A DNA stretch of 64,000 nt from a virus, in the IMG/VR virus record IMGVR_UViG_3300047994_000054, positions 6,109 through 70,108 of that record, one strand, 5' to 3'. A program made the position numbers and the translations under genes. Below the pieces are notes generated by a model, which saw only the letters and a program-made list of their open reading frames with translations, made no database searches and was not told the origin of the DNA. Every line of letters starts with the position of its first letter. Within the stretch, counting starts at the first letter, position 1. Shown here piece after piece: positions 25,833-35,367 of the stretch.

Positions 25833-27572
25833 GTGAGCGTCGAGGTCTACGAGAACGCCGTCGAGGTCTATGCCGACACGGTGCGCGGTGAACTCACCGA
25901 CGTCGAGAACGACCAGCTCACGCGCTCCGTGCGCACCGTCGCGGCCGAGCTCTCGAAGTGGCAGAACAACCTGCGGGCCACCACCAACCGGGGCACGCTG
26001 TTCGACCGCTCCGCCTATGCCGCGCCGGACAACGTCTACGCCCAGATGCGTACCGCGCGCTCGGCGGTGATGAACGACGACATCGTGGGTGGCATTGCCG
26101 AGGTCACCGAAGGCATGGCCTTCGACGGCATCAAGTGGGAGTCGTCGGACGCGGACGAGACCGACGTCTTCAACCAGATGGCCACCGAGCAGGATCTCGA
26201 CTCGGTGGTGCGCAAGATGCACCGCGAGCTCTACACCGGAAGCACTGTGGTGCTTGGGTTCTGGTGGGGACCCGGCACGTTCAAGGTGCGCGGCAAGAGC
26301 GACAAGGGCAACCAGCGCAAGAAGGAGATGACCGTCTTCTACCCGAAGGCGATCACCACCCTCGACGCCATCAAGGTCGTGCCGGTCGGAATGACGACCT
26401 TCGGACAGGAACGCCTTGCGTGGCAGGCGACGCAGGAGGAGATCGGGCAGTACGCCCACGTCCTGGACGGCACTCTCCAGGACGAGCTCATGAACCGCTT
26501 CTACGCCGGTCAGTACACGCCGACGGACGTCGTCGAGCTCCAGGAGCTCACCAGCCTGCACGTCGACCCGAGCCGGCTGATCCTGCTGAACCCCGACATC
26601 GTGAAGCGGCACAACCTCACGAAGCCGGACCACCTGCGCTTCGCCGATGTCCGACTGCGGCGCGTGTTCGCGTTGCTCGATCTCAAGCAGCAGCTGATGG
26701 AGGCTGACCGGGTCAACCTGGTTGGCGCCGCGAACTACATTCTCCTGGTACGCAAGGGAGATGACAAGGACCCGGCCTACCCGGCTGAGCTCCAGAACCT
26801 CAAGGAGAACTTCTCCTACGTGGCGAAGCTGCCGGTGATCGTCTCCGACCACCGGCTCCAGATCGACATCATCACGCCGAAGACGGACTTCACCTTGGAC
26901 GCCGGCAAGTACGACGTCCTGGACAACCGCATCGCCGCCACCTGCCTCGGCCTGTTCGGTGCGATCGGTTCGACGTCGGGCAACCGCTCCGACACGTCGC
27001 TCGACCAGGGCCGCGTGGTCGCACGGGTTCTCGAGAACCGCCGACACATGATCCGCCGCTTCCTGGAGCGCGAGATCGCCCGCGCGGTGGTCAACCACCC
27101 GCAGAACCGTGGCAAGTTCACCGACGAGCCGAACCTGACCTTCGTGCCGAACCACGTCGCGCTGGACGACGACGCCGGCTGGGCGCAGGCGATCCTCAAC
27201 CTCCGCACGACCAACGACCTGTCGCGCGAGAGCACGCTCGAGTACTTCGGCTTCGACCAGGCCGTGGAGGCGATGCGTCGCCAGCTCGAGGAGCAGTCCG
27301 GCATGGACGACATCTTCAAGACCCAGGTGCCGTTCTCGGCCGCGAATCCTGCCGGCGGTGGTGCAGCTGGTGGTGGAACGCCGGGTGGCGCTGCCCCTGC
27401 CGGTAAGCCTGCCGCCGGCAAGCAGGGACCCGGCAACAAGGCTGCTCCCGCTGCACAGGCGCCCGCTGGCGCCCAGGGCGGCAGGCCAGTTGGTGGAGGC
27501 ACGCCGCCGAAGAACGCAACGAAGGCACCGGGAACGACCAAGACCGGCGCGACCAAGCCGAGCGGGAGCTGA
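25833..27572 (+). CDS. Portal protein
   Basis: Size and position; low-complexity C-terminal tail. Confidence 0.7.
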   Translation: MSVEVYENAVEVYADTVRGELTDVENDQLTRSVRTVAAELSKWQNNLRATTNRGTLFDRSAYAAPDNVYAQMRTARSAVMNDDIVGGIAEVTEGMAFDGIKWESSDADETDVFNQMATEQDLDSVVRKMHRELYTGSTVVLGFWWGPGTFKVRGKSDKGNQRKKEMTVFYPKAITTLDAIKVVPVGMTTFGQERLAWQATQEEIGQYAHVLDGTLQDELMNRFYAGQYTPTDVVELQELTSLHVDPSRLILLNPDIVKRHNLTKPDHLRFADVRLRRVFALLDLKQQLMEADRVNLVGAANYILLVRKGDDKDPAYPAELQNLKENFSYVAKLPVIVSDHRLQIDIITPKTDFTLDAGKYDVLDNRIAATCLGLFGAIGSTSGNRSDTSLDQGRVVARVLENRRHMIRRFLEREIARAVVNHPQNRGKFTDEPNLTFVPNHVALDDDAGWAQAILNLRTTNDLSRESTLEYFGFDQAVEAMRRQLEEQSGMDDIFKTQVPFSAANPAGGGAAGGGTPGGAAPAGKPAAGKQGPGNKAAPAAQAPAGAQGGRPVGGGTPPKNATKAPGTTKTGATKPSGS

Positions 27573-27574
27573 CG

Positions 27575-29323
27575 ATGTCCAGTCCGATCACCATGGGGAA
27601 CGGGACCTACCCGATCTCCGACCAGCACTCGGCGGACTCCGCCTGGAAGCTGCGCGGCCGGTCCAAGGACTACACCGAGGCTCAGGTCGTCGGTCACATC
27701 CGCGTGGCCGTGAAGAAGCTCGGCCTGACGATGCCCGGCGAGGCACCGGCGACGACGGCTGCCGGTGGCATCCCCGGTAAGCAGATGATCTCGGGCGCCA
27801 GCCGGCCGCACGGCTTCGTGTTCCCCAGCAACCTGCCGCCGTGCGCGCAGTGCGGCCATGCAGCCAACGACTCGGTGCACGTCAACCCGCCGCGCGCCGG
27901 GATGTCGAACATGGCTGCTGGTACCTGGGGTCGCATGGTCATCGCCAGCGAGACGCACGGCGCGCCCGAGCGCGTGAAGGCCGAGCGCGTGAAGGCCGAG
28001 CGCGTGAAGGCCGAGCGCGTGAAGGCCAAGGCCGGCACTGGCAGCGACAGCCCCATGAAGATGCCGCGCCGTTCGCACGCCTACACCAGCGGATACACGA
28101 GCTTCAACCAGTCGCTGCCCTGCCTGGCGTGTGGTCAGCCGCTCGGCTCGTCGATTCACCCGGCCGGCATGCAGTCCGGCACGCTGCCGATGGGCTCGAA
28201 CGACGGCGCCTACGGCGGTCTCGCCGGTGGTCAGACGGCCATCGCTTCGGACGCCGGCAACACTCAGCAGGGCACGCAGCAGGGCGACAAGGTCCCGGCG
28301 TCGGACCCTGGAACTGGCGCCGGGCCGGAGGAGGGCTACGGCCAGATGGTCCTGGTCCGTCATCCGTTCCGCGAGCTCCAGGGTGAGAACACGATCGCCA
28401 AGCCCTACCAGCTGTGTGCGCTGTGCGGCTTCGGTGCCGACGACGAGGTTCACCAGAACGTCGACAACGACGCCGACCAGAACCTGGTCAAGGTGACGAA
28501 GATGATCGGCAACCGTGGCGTCGGCTCACCTCAGGGTGGCGGCGTCGTGGGTACCGGCGAGGCCACTCGAGCGTTCGTGACGAGCCTCAACGGCCGCACG
28601 ATCGTCAGTGCCCCGGCCAGCCTGCTCACCGACCCTGACGGTCTGCCGCGCGCGGTTGCTGCCGCCTGGGAGGAAGCCAGCAAGGCGAACCCGAACTTCA
28701 TGTGGATCGAGGGTTGCTTCGTCGAGGCCGACCAGGCGAACCGCAACCGGGACTTCTGGTCGACCAACGACCTCCAGATCGGCGAGCCCACCGTGGCGCA
28801 CGGACCGCTGAACTGGCTGCACGAGGAGCGCCACATCATCGGCACGCTCGCGGCTGCCCAGCTGGTCATGCCCGACGAGACCAGTGGCGAGCGGGCGCAC
28901 ATCCGCTCCCTTGCCGCCGTCTGGCGCTACCTGTGGCCGATGGAGGCTCGCGTCATTGCCGCTGCCAGCGACGACAAGAAGCTCTGGTACTCGATGGAGT
29001 GCATCTCGAAGACGGTGGCCTGCCAGTCGCCCGGCTGCACGCACGAGCAGCCCTACGGCGAGTTCATGATCGAGCCCGCGACTCGCTGTCCGCACGTGAA
29101 GGCCGGCGCCCCACGGCGCTACGTCGAGCCTCGCTTTCTTGGCGGAGCGATCATCGTCCCGCCGAAGAACCCCGGCTGGGGCAACGCCAACGCCACCGTC
29201 ATGCGTCAGGCCGCGATGATGGCCGAGGGGCAGCAGGAAGCGTTCACAGGTATGACGACCACCGACGCCGAGCTGATGGTCGCCTCCATCATCCGGTACG
29301 CGACCGAAGGGAATGCAGCATGA
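27575..29323 (+). CDS. Prohead protease-like multidomain protein
   Basis: C-terminal NRN.D.W...LNWLH...IIG...SMEC; N-terminal YPI.D helical domain, three HxF..CxxCG..H motifs, ERVKA x4. Confidence 0.65.
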   Translation: MSSPITMGNGTYPISDQHSADSAWKLRGRSKDYTEAQVVGHIRVAVKKLGLTMPGEAPATTAAGGIPGKQMISGASRPHGFVFPSNLPPCAQCGHAANDSVHVNPPRAGMSNMAAGTWGRMVIASETHGAPERVKAERVKAERVKAERVKAKAGTGSDSPMKMPRRSHAYTSGYTSFNQSLPCLACGQPLGSSIHPAGMQSGTLPMGSNDGAYGGLAGGQTAIASDAGNTQQGTQQGDKVPASDPGTGAGPEEGYGQMVLVRHPFRELQGENTIAKPYQLCALCGFGADDEVHQNVDNDADQNLVKVTKMIGNRGVGSPQGGGVVGTGEATRAFVTSLNGRTIVSAPASLLTDPDGLPRAVAAAWEEASKANPNFMWIEGCFVEADQANRNRDFWSTNDLQIGEPTVAHGPLNWLHEERHIIGTLAAAQLVMPDETSGERAHIRSLAAVWRYLWPMEARVIAAASDDKKLWYSMECISKTVACQSPGCTHEQPYGEFMIEPATRCPHVKAGAPRRYVEPRFLGGAIIVPPKNPGWGNANATVMRQAAMMAEGQQEAFTGMTTTDAELMVASIIRYATEGNAA

Positions 29324-29535
29324 CCACGCCCACACCGGCTCCCGTGCCGGACCCGAACAACACCAACCTCGCCGACGAGAACGAGGAGAACCCGGCGTTC
29401 AACGAGAACGCCAACTTCGAGGCCGAGCAGGGCATCGACCCCGAGAACGTCTCCCCGACCCAGGACGCCACCAAGGACGAGGAGCCGGTGACCGAGGAGC
29501 CGTTCAACACCGACACCGGCCAGAGCGGCGTCTAG
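29320..29535 (+). CDS. Acidic disordered micro-protein
   Basis: ATGA overlap. Confidence 0.6.
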   Translation: MTTPTPAPVPDPNNTNLADENEENPAFNENANFEAEQGIDPENVSPTQDATKDEEPVTEEPFNTDTGQSGV

Positions 29536-29544
29536 GACTACCTG

Positions 29545-29742
29545 ATGGCCATCGGTGACGACGACGCGACGGGGTTTCCGCCTGGGACGATCCTCACGCC
29601 GTTCCAGGCTGACCCGCCGCAGCGCGTGGCACCCCTGACGCCCTTCCAGACCGAAGCCAACAGCGAGGACATCTGGAAGCCACCGGTGTGCCCGAATCAG
29701 GCACTGCCGGCCACCTCGATCGTGTACGGCTCCGCGCCGTAA
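29545..29742 (+). CDS. Pro-rich micro-protein
   Basis: LTPFQ repeated twice. Confidence 0.55.
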   Translation: MAIGDDDATGFPPGTILTPFQADPPQRVAPLTPFQTEANSEDIWKPPVCPNQALPATSIVYGSAP

Positions 29743-29752
29743 GGAGACAGCA

Positions 29753-29977
29753 ATGAGAGCAGACCCCATGCACTCGCAGGAGGAGCTCACGGCGTTCACG
29801 CCCGAGCCCGACTACAAGGAGCTGGAGCCCGTCGTCGGCGACCATCGCGGCGAGACCTACACCGACGTCGAGACGGGCCAGCCCCGTTACATCCACCCAG
29901 CCGATCGGCCGGTGACCTACCTCCAGAAGGTCATCGACGACGAGAAGGCTGCTGAGCAGAAGGAGACGACCCCGTGA
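29753..29977 (+). CDS. Acidic micro-protein
   Basis: AAGGAG SD. Confidence 0.6.
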   Translation: MRADPMHSQEELTAFTPEPDYKELEPVVGDHRGETYTDVETGQPRYIHPADRPVTYLQKVIDDEKAAEQKETTP

Positions 29978-30162
29978 GCAACGTGATCGGTCCGCCCTAC
30001 GCGCTGGGTCCGGACGCACCGCCGAACCCGGCCTACACCAGTGGCAAGCCCCACACGCAGTACCCGTTCGCCGAGCTCACCAAGAGGCTGAACGGCCAGA
30101 CGACGTCCGGTGGCGCCGAAGGTGCCAACCCCGATGACGTTCCCCAGGACACCGATACCTGA
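29974..30162 (+). CDS. Pro-rich micro-protein
   Basis: AAGGAG SD, GTGA overlap. Confidence 0.55.
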   Translation: MSNVIGPPYALGPDAPPNPAYTSGKPHTQYPFAELTKRLNGQTTSGGAEGANPDDVPQDTDT

Positions 30163-30205
30163 GGCTCCTGAGGAACCGGCCCTCCGCCCGAGGGTCTCCA
30201 GACAC

Positions 30206-30240
30206 GGCCGCTCGTGGCTTTCGGACAGCCGCGGGCGGCC
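30206..30240 (+). terminator. GC-rich hairpin
   Basis: GGCCGCTCGTGGCT-N7-AGCCGCGGGCGGCC. Confidence 0.5.
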
Positions 30241-30260
30241 GTTGTCGTCTGCGAGAACTG

Positions 30261-30287
30261 TCAGTTCTCGAGAACCTCCTGCCGATG
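30261..30287 (+). promoter_or_regulatory. Putative late promoter TCAG-N16-GCCGATG
   Basis: Upstream of the scaffold/capsid genes; -35 lies inside a 9 bp inverted repeat. Confidence 0.65.
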
Positions 30288-30339
30288 TCCGGGCTGTAGG
30301 CCGGGACTTCCCCTGGCCATTCAGGCCAGAGGAGGAAAG

Positions 30340-30876
30340 ATGGCCGATCGCACCTTTACCGAGGGCGAGGCGTACGCCCTTGTGGCGCAGGCCGAGGAGC
30401 GGGCTACGGCCGCAGCGCAGGAGCAGCTCACTGCACTGACGACCGAGAACACCGACCTCAAGACCAAGCTGGACGCGCTCGAGGTCCGGGCCGTTGCCGC
30501 CGAGGAGAAGGCCACCACCGCCGAGCAGGCGCTGGAGACCTTCAAGACCGAGGTCGAGACCACGAAGGCAGCCGAGGCCAAGCGCGCAGAGCGCACCGCC
30601 AAGGTCGCCGAGGTGGCCCCGAAGCTCGAGCTCACCCAGGAGCGGTCCGACCGCATCGTGGCGATGACCGACGAGGGCTTTACCGCCTATGTCGAGGACA
30701 TCCGCACCGCTGCCGGTCTCACCACCGCCGCTGCGGTGGACGACAAGGGCGTGCCGCGCACGTCCGCTGCGCTGACCGCCGCACCTGCGGTCACCGGCGG
30801 TGGCCAGCCGGCCCCTGCCACGGCTCAGGGTCTGTTCGCCGCCAAGCAGGCAGCGCGCGTCCCGGCGAAGGTCTGA
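30340..30876 (+). CDS. Scaffolding protein
   Basis: Ala/Glu coiled coil before the capsid genes; GAGGAGG SD. Confidence 0.75.
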   Translation: MADRTFTEGEAYALVAQAEERATAAAQEQLTALTTENTDLKTKLDALEVRAVAAEEKATTAEQALETFKTEVETTKAAEAKRAERTAKVAEVAPKLELTQERSDRIVAMTDEGFTAYVEDIRTAAGLTTAAAVDDKGVPRTSAALTAAPAVTGGGQPAPATAQGLFAAKQAARVPAKV

Positions 30877-30891
30877 GGAGGGTGATCTGAC

Positions 30892-31422
30892 ATGGCTTCC
30901 GACTACGGCCTGAACTTCGGCTTCCGCCGAAGCGACGAGTCGGTCCGTCTCTCCGAGGGCCGCGAGAAGGTCCCCGCTTCGGGCACCTTCCTGCTCGGCT
31001 CTCTGGTGAGCATGGACCCGGCCAACCTGGGCTTCCTCAAGGCGGCTGCGTCCGCCGAGGTGGGCGAGGGTGGCACCGTCGGCCTGCTCGTGCAGGAGGA
31101 AATCTGGGACCGGAGCATCTACGCCCCGGACCGGATCGACTCGTTCTACTACGGAGTGGCGCGCAACAACCGCCTCGCCGTCATCAGCTCGGGCGCGGGC
31201 ACCAAGGTGTGGTTCAAGAACACGCCGGCCCAGACCCGCGCAGACGGCCGCACGATCGCGGCCGTGACCATGGTGGACTTCACGACGCCTCCGGCGCAGA
31301 AGGACTACCTCACCTGGAACGGGACCAACTTCCTCAAGAGCACGAACGGCGAGTCCGACTCGATGCTCCGAGTGACCCTGTCCAACGGCGTCGACTACGT
31401 CGAAGCCGTCCTGACCCGCTGA
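30892..31422 (+). CDS. Capsid decoration / minor capsid protein
   Basis: Beta-rich, between scaffold and major capsid. Confidence 0.55.
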   Translation: MASDYGLNFGFRRSDESVRLSEGREKVPASGTFLLGSLVSMDPANLGFLKAAASAEVGEGGTVGLLVQEEIWDRSIYAPDRIDSFYYGVARNNRLAVISSGAGTKVWFKNTPAQTRADGRTIAAVTMVDFTTPPAQKDYLTWNGTNFLKSTNGESDSMLRVTLSNGVDYVEAVLTR

Positions 31423-31441
31423 TCCGAAGGGAGACACGCAG

Positions 31442-32416
31442 ATGAGCCAGCTCGCGCAGTTCAACCGCAGTCGTGCGGCCGTGGACCCCTTCGGGAAGAA
31501 CCCCGAGGCGGCCCAGGAGTACGAGCGTCAGAAGGCAGCTCTCAACGAGCGCGCCAAGAAGGAGTGGGACGACCCGGCATTCCACCGCAGCATCGCCGCC
31601 GACGTCGCCTCGATCCTCGACTACCAGTTCACCTTCGAGAACCTGTTCGGCTCGTACTTCCAGGTGGAGAACGTGGGTCAGTTCGACCGCGTCATCCTCC
31701 GGGAGCGTCGGGGCCTCAAGGTCTTCTACACCTCTCGCGGTGGCTACATCGAGGAGTCGCAGCTCAAGCGTGAGGACTGGGAACTCCCTCGGGACACCCT
31801 GGGCTTCCACGTCTCCGAGCACACCGACAAGCTCCAGGCGAACTTCGCCGAGACGATCGAGGACATGGTCTCGCTCGGCTCGGCTCGCATGGAGGCCGAG
31901 ATCAACCGGCGCATGTTCAACCTCCTCCAGGAGGCTGTGCCGTCGAGCTCGCCGTACTACGTCGCGGCCGCTGGCCTGACGAAGACGGCTCTCGACACCG
32001 CGATCCGCGAGGTCAAGGACGCCATCAAGCCCAACGGTGTGGGTCCGCTGCCGGTCACGATCATCGGCCGCGCGTCGATGGTCGACCAGATCAGCGATTT
32101 CAACTTGGGTTTCGACCCGGAAGCTACCGAGGAGATCCGCGCCAAGGGTCGTCTCGGTGTCTACCGTGCGGCCAACATCGTGCAGGTGATCAACTACACC
32201 GACGAGAACGGCCTGCCCTACATCCCGGCCAACGAGCTGTGGGTCTTCGGCGGCACGGTCGGCAAGTTCGCGATGTACGGCGGCACCACCGCCAAGTCGT
32301 GGGAGGAGAACACCGTCGATTACCGGCACTACCGGACCCGTCGTGACATCGGTGGTCTCGTGCACCACCCGGAGCAGGCGCGCCGGATCGTCGACTCCAC
32401 GGTGACCGAGGTCTAG
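31442..32416 (+). CDS. Major capsid protein
   Basis: 324 aa, strongly biased codons, followed by a terminator. Confidence 0.8.
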   Translation: MSQLAQFNRSRAAVDPFGKNPEAAQEYERQKAALNERAKKEWDDPAFHRSIAADVASILDYQFTFENLFGSYFQVENVGQFDRVILRERRGLKVFYTSRGGYIEESQLKREDWELPRDTLGFHVSEHTDKLQANFAETIEDMVSLGSARMEAEINRRMFNLLQEAVPSSSPYYVAAAGLTKTALDTAIREVKDAIKPNGVGPLPVTIIGRASMVDQISDFNLGFDPEATEEIRAKGRLGVYRAANIVQVINYTDENGLPYIPANELWVFGGTVGKFAMYGGTTAKSWEENTVDYRHYRTRRDIGGLVHHPEQARRIVDSTVTEV

Positions 32417-32448
32417 TCCTCTAGGCTGACCTCACCTTCGCGGGTGTG

Positions 32449-32491
32449 CGCCCCGCCTGTTCTCAGCTCCCACGCTTGAACAGGCGGGGCG
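32449..32491 (+). terminator. 14 bp stem terminator
   Basis: CGCCCCGCCTGTTC-N15-GAACAGGCGGGGCG. Confidence 0.7.
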
Positions 32492-32510
32492 TTCGCGTGC
32501 CGGGGTTAGA

Positions 32511-32537
32511 TCAGATGCTCGAGCGGGCCGGCCGATG
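32511..32537 (+). promoter_or_regulatory. Putative leaderless late promoter
   Basis: TCAG-N16-GCCGATG; ATG 15 nt after the -10 start. Confidence 0.7.
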
Positions 32538-32545
32538 ATCCAGAC

Positions 32546-32788
32546 ATGCCGCTGACACCAACGCTTACGACGTACACCCAGCCTGAGGGTGTCGAGGGCC
32601 TGTCCTACTTCCAGGACTGCCCCGTCGACGTGCAGCACATCAACTCGGGTGAGCTCTACCTGCGCTTCGACCCGGTCAACTTCCCGCAGCGAGGCATCAA
32701 GAGCGCCTCTGTCGCCGCGCCGAGCTCGGGTAGCACCGACACCGAGTACGGGACCGGCTCGTATGGCACCGGGGTGTACGGCGAATGA
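32546..32788 (+). CDS. Small virion protein, paralog of 36187
   Basis: QPEG..YFQDCP.D..H..SGEL.LRF. Confidence 0.65.
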   Translation: MPLTPTLTTYTQPEGVEGLSYFQDCPVDVQHINSGELYLRFDPVNFPQRGIKSASVAAPSSGSTDTEYGTGSYGTGVYGE

Positions 32789-33207
32789 CGAGCCCCACCC
32801 CGATCTCGCCGGTTCTGCCCACGATCGCGAACCCTTCGCTGGACGTGTGGGGAGAGTCGCTCAACGGCGACTTGACCACGATCGTGAACGCGCTGAACCT
32901 GGTGATCTCCTCCTACGCGCCGGTCGCATGGGTGGCAGCTACGGTCGTCGCCTCCGGCCCCGTGACCGGCGGTCAAGCGGTCCGGGTGTCCACGGCCAGC
33001 GGCGCCGTCACGGTGACCTTGACGCCCTCCGGGTCCAGTCCAGCCAGGACGCGGATCAAGTGGGTAGCGGGATCGACCGGCCCTGTGGTCGTCGCGGCCG
33101 GCGGCACGGTGCTGGACCCCACCTGGAGCGGATTCGGTCAGCTAGGCGACTCCGCTGATTTCTCGCTCGACACCACGCAATCACCCGCCGTCTGGCAGCT
33201 CGTCTAA
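32785..33207 (+). CDS. Small fibre/structural protein
   Basis: C-terminus paralogous to the next gene. Confidence 0.65.
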   Translation: MTSPTPISPVLPTIANPSLDVWGESLNGDLTTIVNALNLVISSYAPVAWVAATVVASGPVTGGQAVRVSTASGAVTVTLTPSGSSPARTRIKWVAGSTGPVVVAAGGTVLDPTWSGFGQLGDSADFSLDTTQSPAVWQLV

Positions 33208-33223
33208 CTCAGAAAGAGATCCC

Positions 33224-33517
33224 ATGACCGTTCTGCGCCCAGTGGCCACCTACCCCTACATCTACGCGTGGACGGCTGCCAAGACGGCTGCCTACACCGC
33301 CGTCGCCAACGACGCCGTCCCCTGCAACACCACTGGTGGGACCTTCGCGGTGGCCGCTCCCACGTCCCCGACCATCAACCAGCGCTTCCGGGTCAAGTGG
33401 ATCTCGGGAAGCGTCGCGCCGACTGTCACCGGCGTCGACTCCACCTTCACCGGCTTCGGGATCGTCGGTGACTCTGCCGACTTCGCGTACGACGGCACCA
33501 CCTGGCAGCTGGTCTAG
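33224..33517 (+). CDS. Small fibre/structural protein
   Basis: KW..GS...GFG..GDSADF...WQLV shared with 32785. Confidence 0.65.
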   Translation: MTVLRPVATYPYIYAWTAAKTAAYTAVANDAVPCNTTGGTFAVAAPTSPTINQRFRVKWISGSVAPTVTGVDSTFTGFGIVGDSADFAYDGTTWQLV

Positions 33518-33519
33518 TA

Positions 33520-35265
33520 GTGACCGAGCTTCGTCCTCGGGTCTACCCAGTCCAGTCTCCCCTTCGGGGTACGCCCGTCACGGACAACACCTTCACCTCG
33601 GCCCAGTCCGGGGCGGCTTCGACGACGGCTACCTCGAGGCACCCGTTCACCGTTGCCGTCGACTGCACTGACCTGCGGCTCGTCTACGCGAACTGGTACA
33701 ACAACGTCGCCACCGCCTCGCCGAACGAGATCGACGTCGACAACCCGAACCCGATCACGGTCTCGGCATCCATCGAGATCGCTGGGGTGAAGTACCGGGC
33801 CAGCTTCAACGGACAGACGTCAGTGACCATCGGCTCAGGCGGAATGGTCCAGTCCGACCCGTTGCCCGTGGATGTCACGGCCGGCACGGTGATCTACGTC
33901 TGGACCTACGTTCTGCCCACCGTGAGCTGGTACGCCAACGCGGTCAGCTCAACCCCCACGGGCTCCGGTGGCAGTTCGTCCCTGCGTACGGACACCGCGA
34001 CGGTCACGTCCGGGTCCTCGACGGTGACCGACACCTCCATCGTGTCGACCGACTACGGGAAGCCCGTGAGCGGCACCGGCATCCCTGCCAACACCTACGT
34101 CGGCACCGTGACCGCTGGTGCGAGCTTCCTGCTGTCATCGACGTCCGGTTCGCAGACCAGCGTCAACGCCACCGGCAACGGCAGCTCGGTGTCGGTCGGC
34201 GGCGACCTGACCGGCACGAACATCTCGTCGGCGACGATCCCGGACGCGACAGGCAAGTTCCAGTACGTGCCCTCGCAGATCTGCGGCACGCCGCTTGCTC
34301 CCATCGGGGCCGCAGGTTCCACCCCGGTCGCGCTGCTGGTGGGCGACTCGCTGATGGGTGGCTCCAACGACTTCTCGGCGGCGACCTACAGCGGTCGCTC
34401 GACGACGACTCCCGCACTGGCGGGAGGCGGATTCACCGCGCGCGCCCTCTACGGGAAGATCCCCTACATCCAGACCGCCGTCTCGGGTGACCAGGCGGCG
34501 CTGTTCCTCGGCACCTCCGGGCACTTCCGCCGGTGGACCTGGGCGTCCGCAGGCACGACCATGCTCTGCAACTACGGCCGCAACGACCTGTCGAACGGTC
34601 AGACGCTGGCGCAGATCCAGGCGAACCTGCTGACGATCTGGACGATGGGCGCCCGTCGTGGGCAGCGGGTGATCCAGTACACGGTCACGCCCTACACCAC
34701 CTCCACCGACGGCTGGACGACCACCGGCAATCAGGCCAACGCCACCGGCAACCAGGAGTCCGTGCGGGTCTCGCTGAACACCTGGATTCGCGCGGGAGCG
34801 CCCGTCGCCTCGGCGTTGAGCCTCACTCCCGTGGCCGTCGGAACGGCCGGCGCACTGGTCGCCGGCCAGCCCGGTCACCCTCTGTACACGTACTTCGAGG
34901 TCGCTGACCTGGTCGAGTCCGCTCGCAACTCCGGCGTGTGGGCGACGATGCCAGGTCGGACGATCACCGACGGTGTGATGTCGATGGGCAGCATCACTCT
35001 GACGTCCAGCACGGCAGCCTTCACGTCCGCCGACCTTGGTTCCATCGTCACCGTCGCGGGTGCTGGCACGTCGGGCGCTCTGCTCGTGACAACGGTCGCT
35101 GGCGTCTCGTCGGGAACGTCCGCTCAGCTTGCGACGAGCGCGAGCACAGCGGTCAGCGGTGCGACCGTGAAGATCAACGTCGCAGGAACGAAGGATGGGC
35201 TGCACCCGTCCTCACCGCTCGCCATCGTCACCTCGGCGGCCATCGTCACTTCTCAGATTGTCTAG
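33520..35265 (+). CDS. SGNH/GDSL esterase virion protein
   Basis: VGDSL, NYGRND, DGLHP motifs. Confidence 0.8.
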   Translation: MTELRPRVYPVQSPLRGTPVTDNTFTSAQSGAASTTATSRHPFTVAVDCTDLRLVYANWYNNVATASPNEIDVDNPNPITVSASIEIAGVKYRASFNGQTSVTIGSGGMVQSDPLPVDVTAGTVIYVWTYVLPTVSWYANAVSSTPTGSGGSSSLRTDTATVTSGSSTVTDTSIVSTDYGKPVSGTGIPANTYVGTVTAGASFLLSSTSGSQTSVNATGNGSSVSVGGDLTGTNISSATIPDATGKFQYVPSQICGTPLAPIGAAGSTPVALLVGDSLMGGSNDFSAATYSGRSTTTPALAGGGFTARALYGKIPYIQTAVSGDQAALFLGTSGHFRRWTWASAGTTMLCNYGRNDLSNGQTLAQIQANLLTIWTMGARRGQRVIQYTVTPYTTSTDGWTTTGNQANATGNQESVRVSLNTWIRAGAPVASALSLTPVAVGTAGALVAGQPGHPLYTYFEVADLVESARNSGVWATMPGRTITDGVMSMGSITLTSSTAAFTSADLGSIVTVAGAGTSGALLVTTVAGVSSGTSAQLATSASTAVSGATVKINVAGTKDGLHPSSPLAIVTSAAIVTSQIV

Positions 35266-35367
35266 ACACGCTCGGACATGGCCGAGGACGATCGTTCGCG
35301 GCTACTGTGAGATGCGCAGCTGTTCATCTCAGCCGGCCTCGTAACGGGGCGATTGGAAGAAGGAACC

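Noticed and set aside
25798-25833. Late promoter before the portal
   Set aside because: AGCGATG sits at the right distance but there is no TCAG -35, and an SD is present.
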